Shown in pieces: positions 1 to 10,607 of a stretch of DNA of 64,000 nt (position 1 is its first letter; every line of letters begins with the position of its first letter). The translations under genes were made by a program, and so were the position numbers. The notes under the pieces were generated by a model. That model saw only the letters and a list, made by a program, of their open reading frames with translations, had not been told where the DNA came from and made no database searches. This stretch comes from Amoebophrya sp. A120 (taxonomy: Eukaryota; Protista; Dinoflagellata): positions 586,289 to 650,288 of the forward strand of contig CAJINV010000023.1 of assembly GCA_905178155.1 (NCBI GenBank), read 5' to 3'.

Positions 1-131
1 GCATTTGTCATGCAGATTAGGCATTGCGAAACCTTCTCGAGCCCTGTGATGCTAGGGCTTCCATGCCAGACCTTCTGCGTCATGCAAAAACAGCACGATA
101 TCTTCCAGACCAGCCATATTTGCATTTGATA

Positions 132-3100
132 AGACGTGTACGGGTACCACTGCATCGGTGTCGATCCTTCCGCCGCCATTCGTGCCGTGCCGCCTGCACC
201 CCCGCTCGAGACCGGCGGCGACTGCTCTGGGTCGACAAACGGCTCCATCGTGGCCATCGAAGACTTCTTCTGCACACGGGTGTGCAGCGAAATTTTGCAG
301 AAGTACGGACCCCTGGACGTGGTCGTCGGTTGTAACTGCCTCGCCCACATCGACGACATGCAGGAAATTTTCGAAAACATTCACCGCATCCTGAAACCCG
401 GAGGCAAGCTCGTGTTCGAAGTGCACTACGTAGGTCACATCGTCGACGGCATGTATCCTGAGTAAAAACGTACCCACCCCAGAGTTGTCATGCAGATTTG
501 CCATGACAGCGACAGGAACATTTGTGATGCGCAACCCCATGACAGGCATTCTCAATCGTGTTTGGGAACTTGTAATGCTGTAAACAGGATCAGAAGGTCG
601 ATTTGTGATGCGGCTTTCCTTGCTAACTTGCACTACCTTACGGACTGAAACTTGTCATGCGTGACTCCTAAAGCTCCTAGGTTTGTGTTGCAAAATCCCC
701 ATCCTGACTCTGGTGTGGGTACGGTTTTACTCAGGATAGCATGAACTTCGATTTTATTTACCACGAGCACATGAGCTACTACAGCTTCGGCACGGTGTAT
801 CGCACGAAAAAAGTGTTACAGTTGCACATTTGTTGGAGTTTCCGCATCACAAATTTTCTCTGTGTGGCAGAGAAAACTTGTAATGCGAAGATCATAAGGA
901 GAAACAGGAAGGAAACGAGGCTCCCAAGCATTTCCTGCATGAGAAAGGTTGGCTCTATTGCCGGTCTTGCATAGACTATGTGTGTAACTGTAACGCTTTT
1001 TTCTTCCCATACGGTGAAGTCCATTTGCCATCGGTACGGTTTTTGGCCGCTGGACATCCAGCAGATCGCCAATCACGGTGGCTCCCTGCGTATCAACTGC
1101 AAATGTGTCTGGGTCTGGAAACTTGTGATGCTGGGTGGCGTATTATGATGAGGCCACAAGTGCCGGCTCAGCATGACAAATTTCTGAGCTTCGAGGTTTT
1201 CTTGCCTATTCTGAACGACAAACTGCATTTCTGCATGACAGAAAAGCGGAACTCTAGGGTAACGTGTATGACAGATTCAAGAGTGATGCCAGACAAGCAT
1301 GACAAACATGCATTCTTCCAGACCTAGAGAGAGTTTTTGCACTTGATACTGCGCGTCTTCCTGCAGAAGGAGGAAGTATGAGATGCAAGATGAGCATCGT
1401 CTTAGTTGTAGAGATTGCATTACAACCATGCTCAGCATTAGAAATGGAATTTGTAATGCGGATTTATCTTGATAAAAAGAGTTGTCATGCATTTCATATT
1501 TACAATTAGTGCGAGTGCGATGCTTTTGCAATTCATAGGAAGTGGCGCAGGCGGATTTGCTCGTCTGGCAGGAAAAAATGAACAAGGCCTTCCATTTATC
1601 CTGAGCAAAAACCTCCCCACCCAGTAGTCAAGTTGGTAAATCTGCTACACAAATCGCCAAGCTTTGGGAGTGTGCATGACAAGTTTGTCCTCGTAGTGTG
1701 AAGATCCTGTTTAGCTAGTGCAGCAGCATCCCAAATCTAGCCTATCACGCTGGTTCTAGCATCACAAATTCCAGAGAACGACTAGAAAACGCTTCTCATA
1801 GGGCTCCGCGTGGGAAACTCTTGTGGCATCATGCAGATTTGCATTACAACTCTGGGATGGGGACGTTTTTGCTGAGGATAGAATGACAGCTTCGCCGCCG
1901 ACCTGTTGCGGGAGGAGGGCCTGGTATCGCAAGAAAAAACTGTTTCACTGTGAACTTGTGATGCAGAAAATGGATCGCAGAAGTGTGTGTCATGCTACAC
2001 ATGCACGACAATGGATTTCTAGCTGTGTTTTCCCTTAGGACCCCCGCATGACAGATTTTCAGTGTCATGCGTAACAGACTTGTGATGCAGATTTTGCAAA
2101 ATCACCACAGTGAAACAGTTTTTTCGTGGGATACCTGGGCTCCGAGTTGTATTGTGAGGAATGATCCCCCCTCCCCATATCGAAACGGAAGTTTGTGTTG
2201 CTGGATTTGTGTACACAAATCGGCTCTGTCTTGCAGTGAGACACTGCAGGCAAAGCCTAAGCGTGTGTAGGTGTGTTTTGATGTAGGTGCTTAGCATAGC
2301 AGAGGCCTGCCATGTAGCCGCATCAGCATTACAAATCGCCTGCTTAGGCCGGCGGATTCTTTGGATTTGCCCTCTTGCAAAAGAGACAGGATTTGTGGTT
2401 ACAAATCAGCATCACAAATTTTTAGGAACATACCTGTTCAATATGGGGAGGGACGATTTTTCCTTACGATAAGTTGCAGGGCCTGTTCACACGCGTGTGC
2501 GAGTGGCGGGACCAGTGCCGCAAGTGGTTCGCGGAGGTGCGGGACCAGCGGGGCATCCTGGTCGGTTACGGGGCCAGCGGAAGGGCAAACACCATCATGG
2601 CCATTTTAGGCGAAGGCTTCCATGTGCTCCTGGACGACTCGAAAGCCAAGTGGGGTATCAAATGCAAATGTGTACTCTGGGTCTGGAAGGATGCAAGGTT
2701 TGTCATGCACATTTTGCATGACTCCTGATGTCGGTGATGCATGTGTCCCTAGTAGCATCACAGATTTTATGAGGGCTTCCTGATGCCTATACCGCATCAG
2801 AGATGTTGCCCTCTCGCCATGACAAGAAAAGGGCCTCTCTCGTATTGCCGTTCATGATGCAACCAATACAGATTTATTGTAGAATCCAAATTCAGCATCA
2901 CAAGTTGCATTCTTCCGTGGGGCCCAGACATATTTACGATTCATATGGGGCAGTTTTGTGCCATTCTTCCACACGCGCATCGACCCCTCCGACGTTCTCT
3001 ACGAGAAGGACCCGGGTACTGGGCTACTGTACCAACTGCAAATATGTCTGGGTCTCGAAGATTGCCAGACTTGTCATGCATATTTGGCATGGCCCATGAT

Positions 3101-3471
3101 TGTCTGTGATGTATGCGGTAGCATTACAGATTTTTACCACCCTACTTCCTGATGCCTATTCTGCATGAGAGATCATGCCCTCTCCGTATGTAGACCAAAC
3201 TGGACTCTCTCCTCTTGCTGGTCATGCAATACAAATTTTTTTCGAATCCGAAGACAGCATCACAAGTTACAACAACTTTTGCATTCCATTTCCAGACCCA
3301 GACCACACTTTTGCATTTGATATACTGAAGTACAAAACAATTTTCATCCTGGCGTGGCCATACGCGGGCGCGATCGCTCGGCGACACAAAGAGTACCTGC
3401 GACTGGGCGGTCGATTCGTCAAGATTCTTCCAGAAATCAAGGCCATAGACCCCACCGAGATTCTCGGGTAG
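132..3471 (+). CDS. NDP-sugar C-methyltransferase-like protein (5' part outside window), interrupted by 9 TIR elements
   Basis: Removing elements 454-738, 798-1011, 1091-1348, 1377-1537, 1597-1880, 1925-2133, 2150-2471, 2656-2945 and 3030-3322, each plus 5 nt, gives one frame: ...IGVDPS...NCLAHIDD...FEVHY...NFDFIYHEHMSYYS...HGGSLRVF...VGYGASGRANT...DDSKAKWG...ILAWPY...GGRFVKILPEI...TAG(3469-3471). These motifs match the sugar C-methyltransferase (TcaB9/NovU-like) family. Confidence 0.9.
454..738. mobile_element. Family B TIR element (~280-310 bp, ~21 copies); representative copy
   Basis: TIR TATCCTGAGTAAAAACGTACCCACACCAGAGT; flanks GCATG/GCATG. Others start at 1597, 6138, 6985, 9807, 20168, 24642, 30535, 31078, 33210, 35946, 37804, 40418, 43120, 45729, 46326, 48005, 57229, 57539, 62049 and 63934. 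Confidence 0.95.
798..1011. mobile_element. Family C TIR element (~210-260 bp, ~15 copies); representative copy
   Basis: TIR TATC(G/C)(C/A)A(C/A)GAAAAAA(A)(G/C)TGT; flanks CGGTG/CGGTG. Others start at 1925, 8040, 8738, 11606, 12777, 13057, 18200, 19864, 22198, 26441, 40140, 40725, 56118 and 63530. Confidence 0.93.
1091..1348. mobile_element. Family A TIR element (~250-290 bp, ~50 copies); representative copy
   Basis: TIR TAT(CAAA/GCAT)TGCAAA(A/T)ATGTCTGGGTCTGGAA; flanks CTGCG/CTGCG. Other copies start at 2656, 3030, 6616, 8288, 10648, 10987, 11318, 12228, 12511, 13307, 14455, 15546, 15919, 16206, 17486, 18485, 19030, 19545, 20697, 21031, 21880, 24321, 25765, 28648, 29797, 30178, 32532, 32902, 34486, 37406, 39529, 39844, 41025, 42225, 44395, 44890, 45383, 46977, 47357, 47678, 55681, 56617, 56952, 58543, 59837, 60969, 61306, 62414 and 62744. 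Confidence 0.95.
2150..2471. mobile_element. Family D TIR element (~310-340 bp, ~32 copies); representative copy
   Basis: TIR TAT(CAAAA/TGTGA)GGAAAAATCCCCCCTCCCCATATCG; flanks AGTTG/AGTTG. Others start at 7379, 11880, 14090, 14757, 15158, 16513, 16940, 17804, 21471, 23800, 26751, 28293, 29064, 31842, 32195, 34785, 35541, 36423, 36877, 38246, 38630, 42685, 43648, 48772, 51755, 54781, 55151, 58159, 58980, 61644 and 63105. Confidence 0.95.
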
Positions 3472-4050
3472 GAGTGATGAAGGACAAGCTCCTACAAAGC
3501 GCAGCAGGAGCTTGCTGCCCTGATCATGATCTACTTGAAAAACCTAATTTAATATGTCAACAACATTTTAAAGAATAGAAATAAATTTCTGAACATCATC
3601 CACACAAGGGTCGATCACGATGATCAGGTAAAAACAAGCTATATAAAAGTCGGGTTGATGATGAAGTATAATTAAGTTGTATTTTTTTCCTTCTGCGTAT
3701 GATATTAGAGCAGTAGATTTTTTTTCATCTGTTTCTTCAGGAAAACTAGGCAGAGGCGGTCTGGTTCAGCGCGTCTGGTTCAGCGCGTCCCTTTTCATGT
3801 GGCAGGGCCCTTACAGTTACGCGCCGGAGTGCAAGGGACAATGGTAGGTGGTTTGGAACTCAGGGGGGAAGACGGTTGCGCCCTACGCCTTGGGATTTCT
3901 GGTACGAGCGTGTGGCGGTTGTGGCTATTCTTCTAGCATGACAACATCATTTGTGGTCTCAAATCATGCTACACAAATGATCTCCGCTTCAGTATGGGGA
4001 GGGGAGATTTTTCCTTTTGATAATGTAGAGGTTGTGTTCAGAATTGTTGC

Positions 4051-4708
4051 NNNNNNNNNNNNNNNNNNNNNNNNNNNNNNNNNNNNNNNNNNNNNNNNNN
4101 NNNNNNNNNNNNNNNNNNNNNNNNNNNNNNNNNNNNNNNNNNNNNNNNNNNNNNNNNNNNNNNNNNNNNNNNNNNNNNNNNNNNNNNNNNNNNNNNNNNN
4201 NNNNNNNNNNNNNNNNNNNNNNNNNNNNNNNNNNNNNNNNNNNNNNNNNNNNNNNNNNNNNNNNNNNNNNNNNNNNNNNNNNNNNNNNNNNNNNNNNNNN
4301 NNNNNNNNNNNNNNNNNNNNNNNNNNNNNNNNNNNNNNNNNNNNNNNNNNNNNNNNNNNNNNNNNNNNNNNNNNNNNNNNNNNNNNNNNNNNNNNNNNNN
4401 NNNNNNNNNNNNNNNNNNNNNNNNNNNNNNNNNNNNNNNNNNNNNNNNNNNNNNNNNNNNNNNNNNNNNNNNNNNNNNNNNNNNNNNNNNNNNNNNNNNN
4501 NNNNNNNNNNNNNNNNNNNNNNNNNNNNNNNNNNNNNNNNNNNNNNNNNNNNNNNNNNNNNNNNNNNNNNNNNNNNNNNNNNNNNNNNNNNNNNNNNNNN
4601 NNNNNNNNNNNNNNNNNNNNNNNNNNNNNNNNNNNNNNNNNNNNNNNNNNNNNNNNNNNNNNNNNNNNNNNNNNNNNNNNNNNNNNNNNNNNNNNNNNNN
4701 NNNNNNNN
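4051..4708. other. Assembly gap
   Basis: Run of N. Confidence 1.
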
Positions 4709-7700
4709 TGCATGACAAGTCTCAGAATCTTCCAGACCCAGACATTTTTACATTTGATACATCAGGAGAAACCACAACAAGACCAGTTGCGTCTTATGCA
4801 TTGCAGATATCTACTTCCCCTACGCCTTGGGATTTCTGGTACGAGCGTGTGGCGGTTGTGGTATTCACTCTTCGGCCAATCTCGGGTCGGGGGCGGAGGC
4901 TTGCTTTGTGGGGATTTCGCGGCTTATGGGGTTTGCCTCTGCCCTCGGAGGCCAGCATTTGCACTGCGCACACCCACGGGTGCTGGAGGTTGGTGCCTAT
5001 TAATTCATCTTGGAGCTTAAAACTCGACATGGACAGGGACTAGGGCCGCAGGCGGCCATGCCACTACTGGCAATCGAGGACGGGTCTCCCGGGGATGCCG
5101 GGCGGCACAGATGGTTGGATTTGGCTTTCGGGCGGATCTCGCAGGGGTGGTCTCCCCCTTGCCTTCTTCTCTCTCTCTCTCTTGGGTGGCCTAGTTTGGT
5201 CGCGGGACCCACTTGTGCGCCGGTTATTTGGAAGTGGCCAGGGGATTAGTCGCTTGGGAAAGTATGAGCACACACAGGCCCGGCTCCGGACGCTATCTTT
5301 TATTTTAGGCAGGGTGTTTGGATCTTGACGCCCTTGTCTACGGGTGATGGATGGCTCGTAGTAGACTTGCTACGGGTGATGATAGGATGGCGAGTTTTCC
5401 GGGCTTACACGCAAGTAAATTGACGCAGGCAGGTCGTTGGGCAGGCTCATACGGTCACAGGTGCAGGGTCTCCTGTCCGCGGCAAGGGTGCTCTCTGATT
5501 GCCTTAGAGGTTACTAGGAGTCGGGAATATGGAATTTATGGCGGAGGTCGCGTACTTTGTCGCTGGGCTTTCGCGTGCTACATTCTGTGTGAGGCCACTT
5601 GGTCCCTGGGGGGTGCTCTTGGGCCTAGACGGTTATGTCCATGGGCTCGTAGGTCGGTCCTCCGGTCCCTCTTTGGTTCGCCCGAATTCATCGTGTCAGT
5701 TCTCTTCCCTGGGTTCTTCGGGCCGCCTGCGCTGCGGCGTGTGGGGAGGGGCCTTGAGGCATCCTTGTAGGTTGTCTCTACGGTGAGGGAGCGAGAGGCC
5801 CTTGCCCTCTCTCCTCCGATCACGCCATAGGGCGCGTCGGGTTGATGGTTCAGATTGATAGGACGATAGGAACGAAGCGAAATTTTGTGTCCTGCCTTAT
5901 CGGAAATCATAAAATCCGTCAATCAACATCTCCGTTGCAAACAACTTCTAGTACTTAGCACTTCTTGCTTCTTTCTCGACAAAGCTAGGAATGTAGATAG
6001 ATATATAGAATCATTTTTTTTCTATATTCATATTCTCGGCCTACTACTTTCCTGTGCGGTGGTGGCCAATCGATTGATGTTTTGTTCGATTAAGAAAACG
6101 CGGCGCACGCCGCGTGGATTCGTTCTTATGGACCACATATCCTGAGTAAAAACGTGGGCCCCACACCAGAGTCAGGATGGGGATTTTGCAACACAAACCT
6201 AGGAGATTTGTGAGTCACGCATGACAAGTTGCAGGCTGTATTGTAGTGCAGTTTAGCAAGGGAAGCCGCATAACAAATCCACCTCCTCATCCTGTTCACA
6301 GCATCACAAATTCCAAAACACGATTGGAAATGGCTCATTACATTACATGCGCATTACAAGTCTTCCGGTCTTTGCAAATCTGCATTACGACTCTGGTGTG
6401 GGGAAGTTTTTACTCAGGATACCACACATCAACTCGTCATGCGTAATCGCATGACAAATTTCCTCAGCATGAGAAAGAAAATTTGTAATGCGGATTTAGC
6501 CTGAGAAAGAAATTTGTAATGCATGAATGCGATTAGAGTACGAGTGCGATACTTTTGCACAGGATGATTTGTCCTCCAGCTCGTCCCCCGCGTTGTTCCA
6601 GCGAATTCGATCCCATATCAAATGCAGAAATGTCTGGGTCTGGAAGAATGCAACTTGTGATGCTGCGTTTGGATGTGTAGAAAATTTGAGTTGCATGAGC
6701 AGCAAAAGGATTCTCATTTTTGCTACGCGGAGAGGGCATTTGTCATGCGGAATAGGCATCAAGAATCCCTCAAAAAACCTGTGATGCTAGGGCATGCATC
6801 ACAGACATCATGGCTCATGCAAGCCGTGCATGACAAGTCTCAGAATCTTCCAGACCCAGACATTTTTGCATTTGATAGCCCAACCCGCCTTGTAACGATC
6901 CCTAGCTTAGTCGTCTCGCCGTCCTCTCCGATAATTTCCTGATTCAAGAGCAGAGCGAAGCAATGCATCTCGAGAGAACTACACTATCCTGAGTAAAAAC
7001 GTCCCCATACCAGAGTCAAGATGGGAAATCTGCTAGACATATCAGCCGACTTTGGTTGTTTCGCATGGCAGGTTTGTCCTCGTAGTGTGATCCTGTTTAG
7101 CTAGTTCAGCAGTATCACAGATCTAGCATATCACGGCATTTCTAGCATGACAAATCCCAAAACGCGACTACAAAAAGCTTCTCATGGGGCCGCTTCGCAT
7201 GAGAAACTTTTTTGGCGTGCAGATTTGCAGCATGACAACTCTCGGGCGGTGGGGACGTTTTTACTCAGAATATACACCAGTTGAACAAGCAGTGACCAGA
7301 TCATCATCATCTGGCGATAGTTTTCATATCAAACGATGCGAACTCGGCCGCTCTACGTTCTACTTTCCGCTGGATGTATATCAAAAGGAAAAATCCCCCC
7401 TCCCCATATCGAGAACGAAATTTGTATTGCTGTAGTTGAGTACACAAATCGACTTGTATTGCTAGAAGGCCAAGAGACGCAGTGGCTCCCTCCTCTGCAG
7501 GCAATTTGTCATGCTGTTTCCCATTTCCATTTGCCTCCTGTCATGCTGGAGACGGAAGGCTCTCCTAAGCCTCCCAGCACTACAGTCCGCTTTTGTTGCC
7601 TTCTAGCATGACAACATCATTTGTGGTCTCAAATCATGCTACACAAATGATCTCCGCTTCAGTATGGGGAGGGGAGATTTTTCCTTTTGATAATGTAGAG

Positions 7701-7773
7701 GTTGTGTTCAGAATTGTTGCTGCCAGTGTTCATCTACATCTCTCGTCAAAATTTCACTCTTACCGTCCCTGTG

Positions 7774-10208
7774 ATGGCGGTCGTGGCGATGGCACAGCCG
7801 TTATGAAAGTGCACATAGCTCCCCCTCCCCCTCATTTGTCTTGCATGAACAGCAATACAAGTCAAGCGTCTGCAAGAATACAGGTTTTGCATGACAAATT
7901 AGTAAATTTGGACAGGAGTGTAGTGCTATTTGGGCTTCCAAAGCTTGTCATGCATAATAGTGACAGGAGGGAAAGCGTGGAGTTGGTATTTTGCATGAGA
8001 AATGAGGTGGAACGGGAGTTGTGCACTCTCATAGCCGTCTATCCAAGAAAAAAACTGTGTTAGTGTAGGTCTTTTGGGAAAACAGCATCACAAGTTCGTC
8101 TGCCATGACAGGAAAAACTTGTCATGCGCAGATAGGACGGGAAAACACGTAGGAAGCGAGCCTATCATGCATGTAGAGCATGACAAGCGTAACTGTTTTG
8201 CATTTTCTGCATCACAGACTTACACTTACACAGTTTTTTTCTTGCATACCGTCGCGCTGTGTTGTGGCGACGAGGACCACGACCTCGTATCAAATGCAAA
8301 TATGTCTGGGTCTGGAAGGTTGCAACTTGTGATGCTGTCCTTGGATTCTAAAAAAGTTTGTATTGCATGACCAGCAAGAGGGGCTCAGTTTGTGCTACGC
8401 AGGAAGGGCATTTCTCATGCGGAATACGCATCAGAAAGCTCTCTGCAAATCTGTGATGCTAGGCCACGCATTACAGGAATCATGGGTCATGCAAAATGTG
8501 CATGAGCATGAGATGACAACCCTAGCATCTCTCCAGACCCAAACATATTTGCAATTGATACCTAGGCCGTAAGTACAACACTCTTCCTGGCGAGTGCTGT
8601 GGCAGTGGTGCAGATTGTACGCAGCGGAAATAACTGTAGTTCTTTCCTCGGCAGTAGTACTAGCGTGGTCACCTGCATCAACGCGTGCTCCTCCTGGTTG
8701 CAAACTAGCACAGTGTCACCAGACTCTCGGCAGAGCATATCCAAGAAAAAAACTGTGTTAGTGTAAGTCTTTTGGGAAAACAGCATCACAAGTTTGTCTG
8801 CCATGACAGGACAAACTTGTTATGCGCAGATACAAAGGGAAAACACATAGTAAGCGAGCCGGTCATGCATGTGGCGGTTTCGCTCTACCATACGTTTCGG
8901 TGTGATTTGCATACAAAATACAATGCATTTTCTTCCGCTCTCTCATTGGGAAATCCGCGAACTCCGGCGCATCGAAACGGGCTGGCGATTGCACGACGTC
9001 GACACCGACCCCGGCTATGAATACAAAAAAAGCATACAAAATCGTATGTATTGATACAATTTGCAATATATACGGGGAAGCGCATCGAAACTACCGCGAA
9101 ACGCTTTCCCGCCCATACTAGATAGCGCATCGAAACTGCTCAGATGCGCTGCTTCCATGTACTTCGCAGAAGCTTTTGCTTCAGATAAGTCGAGAGGAAA
9201 AACGAGCATGTCGAGGGAAAAGCGAACGAGCAAGGAAGTCGGTCCGCCTAGGCTTGTACCTTAGCACCCTGCCCCGCAGGGCTAGAACCACCCCCCCCCC
9301 CGTGGCTGCATGTGATTTCGCCTGGCCATTGCGATTTTTCCACAGTGTCCCCGAGAAGATTGCCGCGACACTTAGCGAAGCGCCCCCGCTTTGTTTGAAA
9401 CACATAGCGACTATAAGCAGCGGCCCTGCCTCCCAAGGTCGTTGTAGGTTGGTAATCAGTGAACCGAGAAACGAAAAAAGCCTTTGCGCTTTAAAAGCAA
9501 AAACTATGAACGCCAGCGAGGCAGCGCGTGGCGACCCCCAATGTCGCGCATACTATGCGCGGAACAAGAGACGCGCCGCTCCGTATCGCGACCTAGCAGA
9601 TCTTCTTCTAGGTTCGCTCTACCAATACATATTTCACACCGAAACTACGGTAGTAGCGAAACGACGTCATGCATCTCGAGCATGACAAGTGTAACTGTTT
9701 GGCATTTTCTGCATCACAGATTTACACTTACACAGTTTTTTTCTTGCAGAAGTTCCACTTAGTCCTCCGAGCAACAATGTACGAAACAAAAAGAACAACC
9801 AGCGAGTATCCTGAGTAAAAACGTACCCACACCAGAGTTGTCATGCAAATCTGCATGCTTAAAATGTTTGTCATGCGGAGCCCCATGAGAAGCATTTTCT
9901 AAGGGTGTTTTGAAATTTGTCATGCTCCAATCAGCATGAGAGACTAGATCTGTAATGCTGCTGAACTAGCTCAAACAGCACTACACTACGCGTCCAAATT
10001 TGTCATGCGAAACAAGCAAAGTTGGCCGATTTGTCTAGCAGATTTTCCATCTTGACTCTGGTGTGGGTACGTTTTTACTCAGGATAGCGAGATGGCAAAA
10101 AATATCAGCGAGTCGACAAGGCCTGGTCTGCTGCAAACCTGGAATCCGTTACGGCAAGCGGAGGAGTGGTAATCGAGAAGCCGTCCTCGTCCTGGGAAAC
10201 AAACAGTG
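7774..10208 (+). CDS. Possible N-terminal/stem coding segment with hydrophobic anchor; may be the 5' part of the downstream GT61 gene
   Basis: After element removal (7802, 8040, 8288, 8738, 9807) one + frame stays open: MAVVAMAQPSRCVVATRTTTSAVSTTLFLASAVAVVQIV...SWETNS. No family motif is visible and the junction to 10608 is unresolved. Confidence 0.3.
8871..9665. mobile_element. Non-autonomous Mutator-like element nested in a family C element
   Basis: Imperfect ~33-bp TIRs (GTTTCGCT-CTACCATACGTTTCGGTGTGA / TCACACCGAAACTACGGTAGTAGCGAAAC); 9-bp duplication GTCATGCAT at 8862-8870 and 9666-9674. Confidence 0.7.
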
Positions 10209-10607
10209 TATCAAAGAAAAAGCCGCACATCAGGATCATTATTTTAATTTTGCAGGTGATTCAGTTCTTTCTGATTTAGCATGACAAGTTGCAATCTTCC
10301 AGACATCCAGGGAAGATATTGGCGGTACATAGAGGTGTGGAAGGATTGACACGGTCCCCAAAATTTTGCCGCGATTTCTTCTTTTTATTTGTGCTCAGTC
10401 GGGTGTATTGGTACTTGTAGCGTAGTGAAAATAAGGCAATATTGATTCACACGGATCAGCTATCCGATCGATCTTGGTGAATCAATATCTGCTTTTTATT
10501 CCACTGTACGCTTTTTTTCGTGCAGAGCAGTAGATTCATTTTGTTGACTTAGACTTGATGACCCAAGTGAAGGATGCATACGCTTTTATCGTGAAAAGCA
10601 GCCGGCC

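Noticed and set aside
454-738. Tc1/mariner MITEs or Paramecium-type IES with TA target duplication
   Set aside because: The TA is part of the element end; the true duplication is a variable 5-mer outside it, and TA-based excision would not restore frames.
454-3322. Canonical GT donor formed by G|TAT
   Set aside because: Frequent in the first gene but present at only about a third of GT61 junctions, with no matching in-frame AG.
3469-3471. Stop-codon reassignment as reported in one Amoebophrya strain
   Set aside because: The long rebuilt frames contain no internal stops and TAG/TAA end genes at expected positions.
3881-4050. Chimeric duplicate of 4819-4861 and ~7601-7720
   Set aside because: Adjacent to the N-gap; cannot be separated from an assembly artefact.
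3848-5020. Long ORFs spanning the gap
   Set aside because: Artefacts of translating N.
4815-6110. Possible autonomous transposase or retroelement
   Set aside because: No long ORF and no DDE/RT motif recognisable; the same applies to 52133-54650.
6567-7773. Coding exons between elements
   Set aside because: No frame on either strand stays open throughout; may be UTR or pseudogene.
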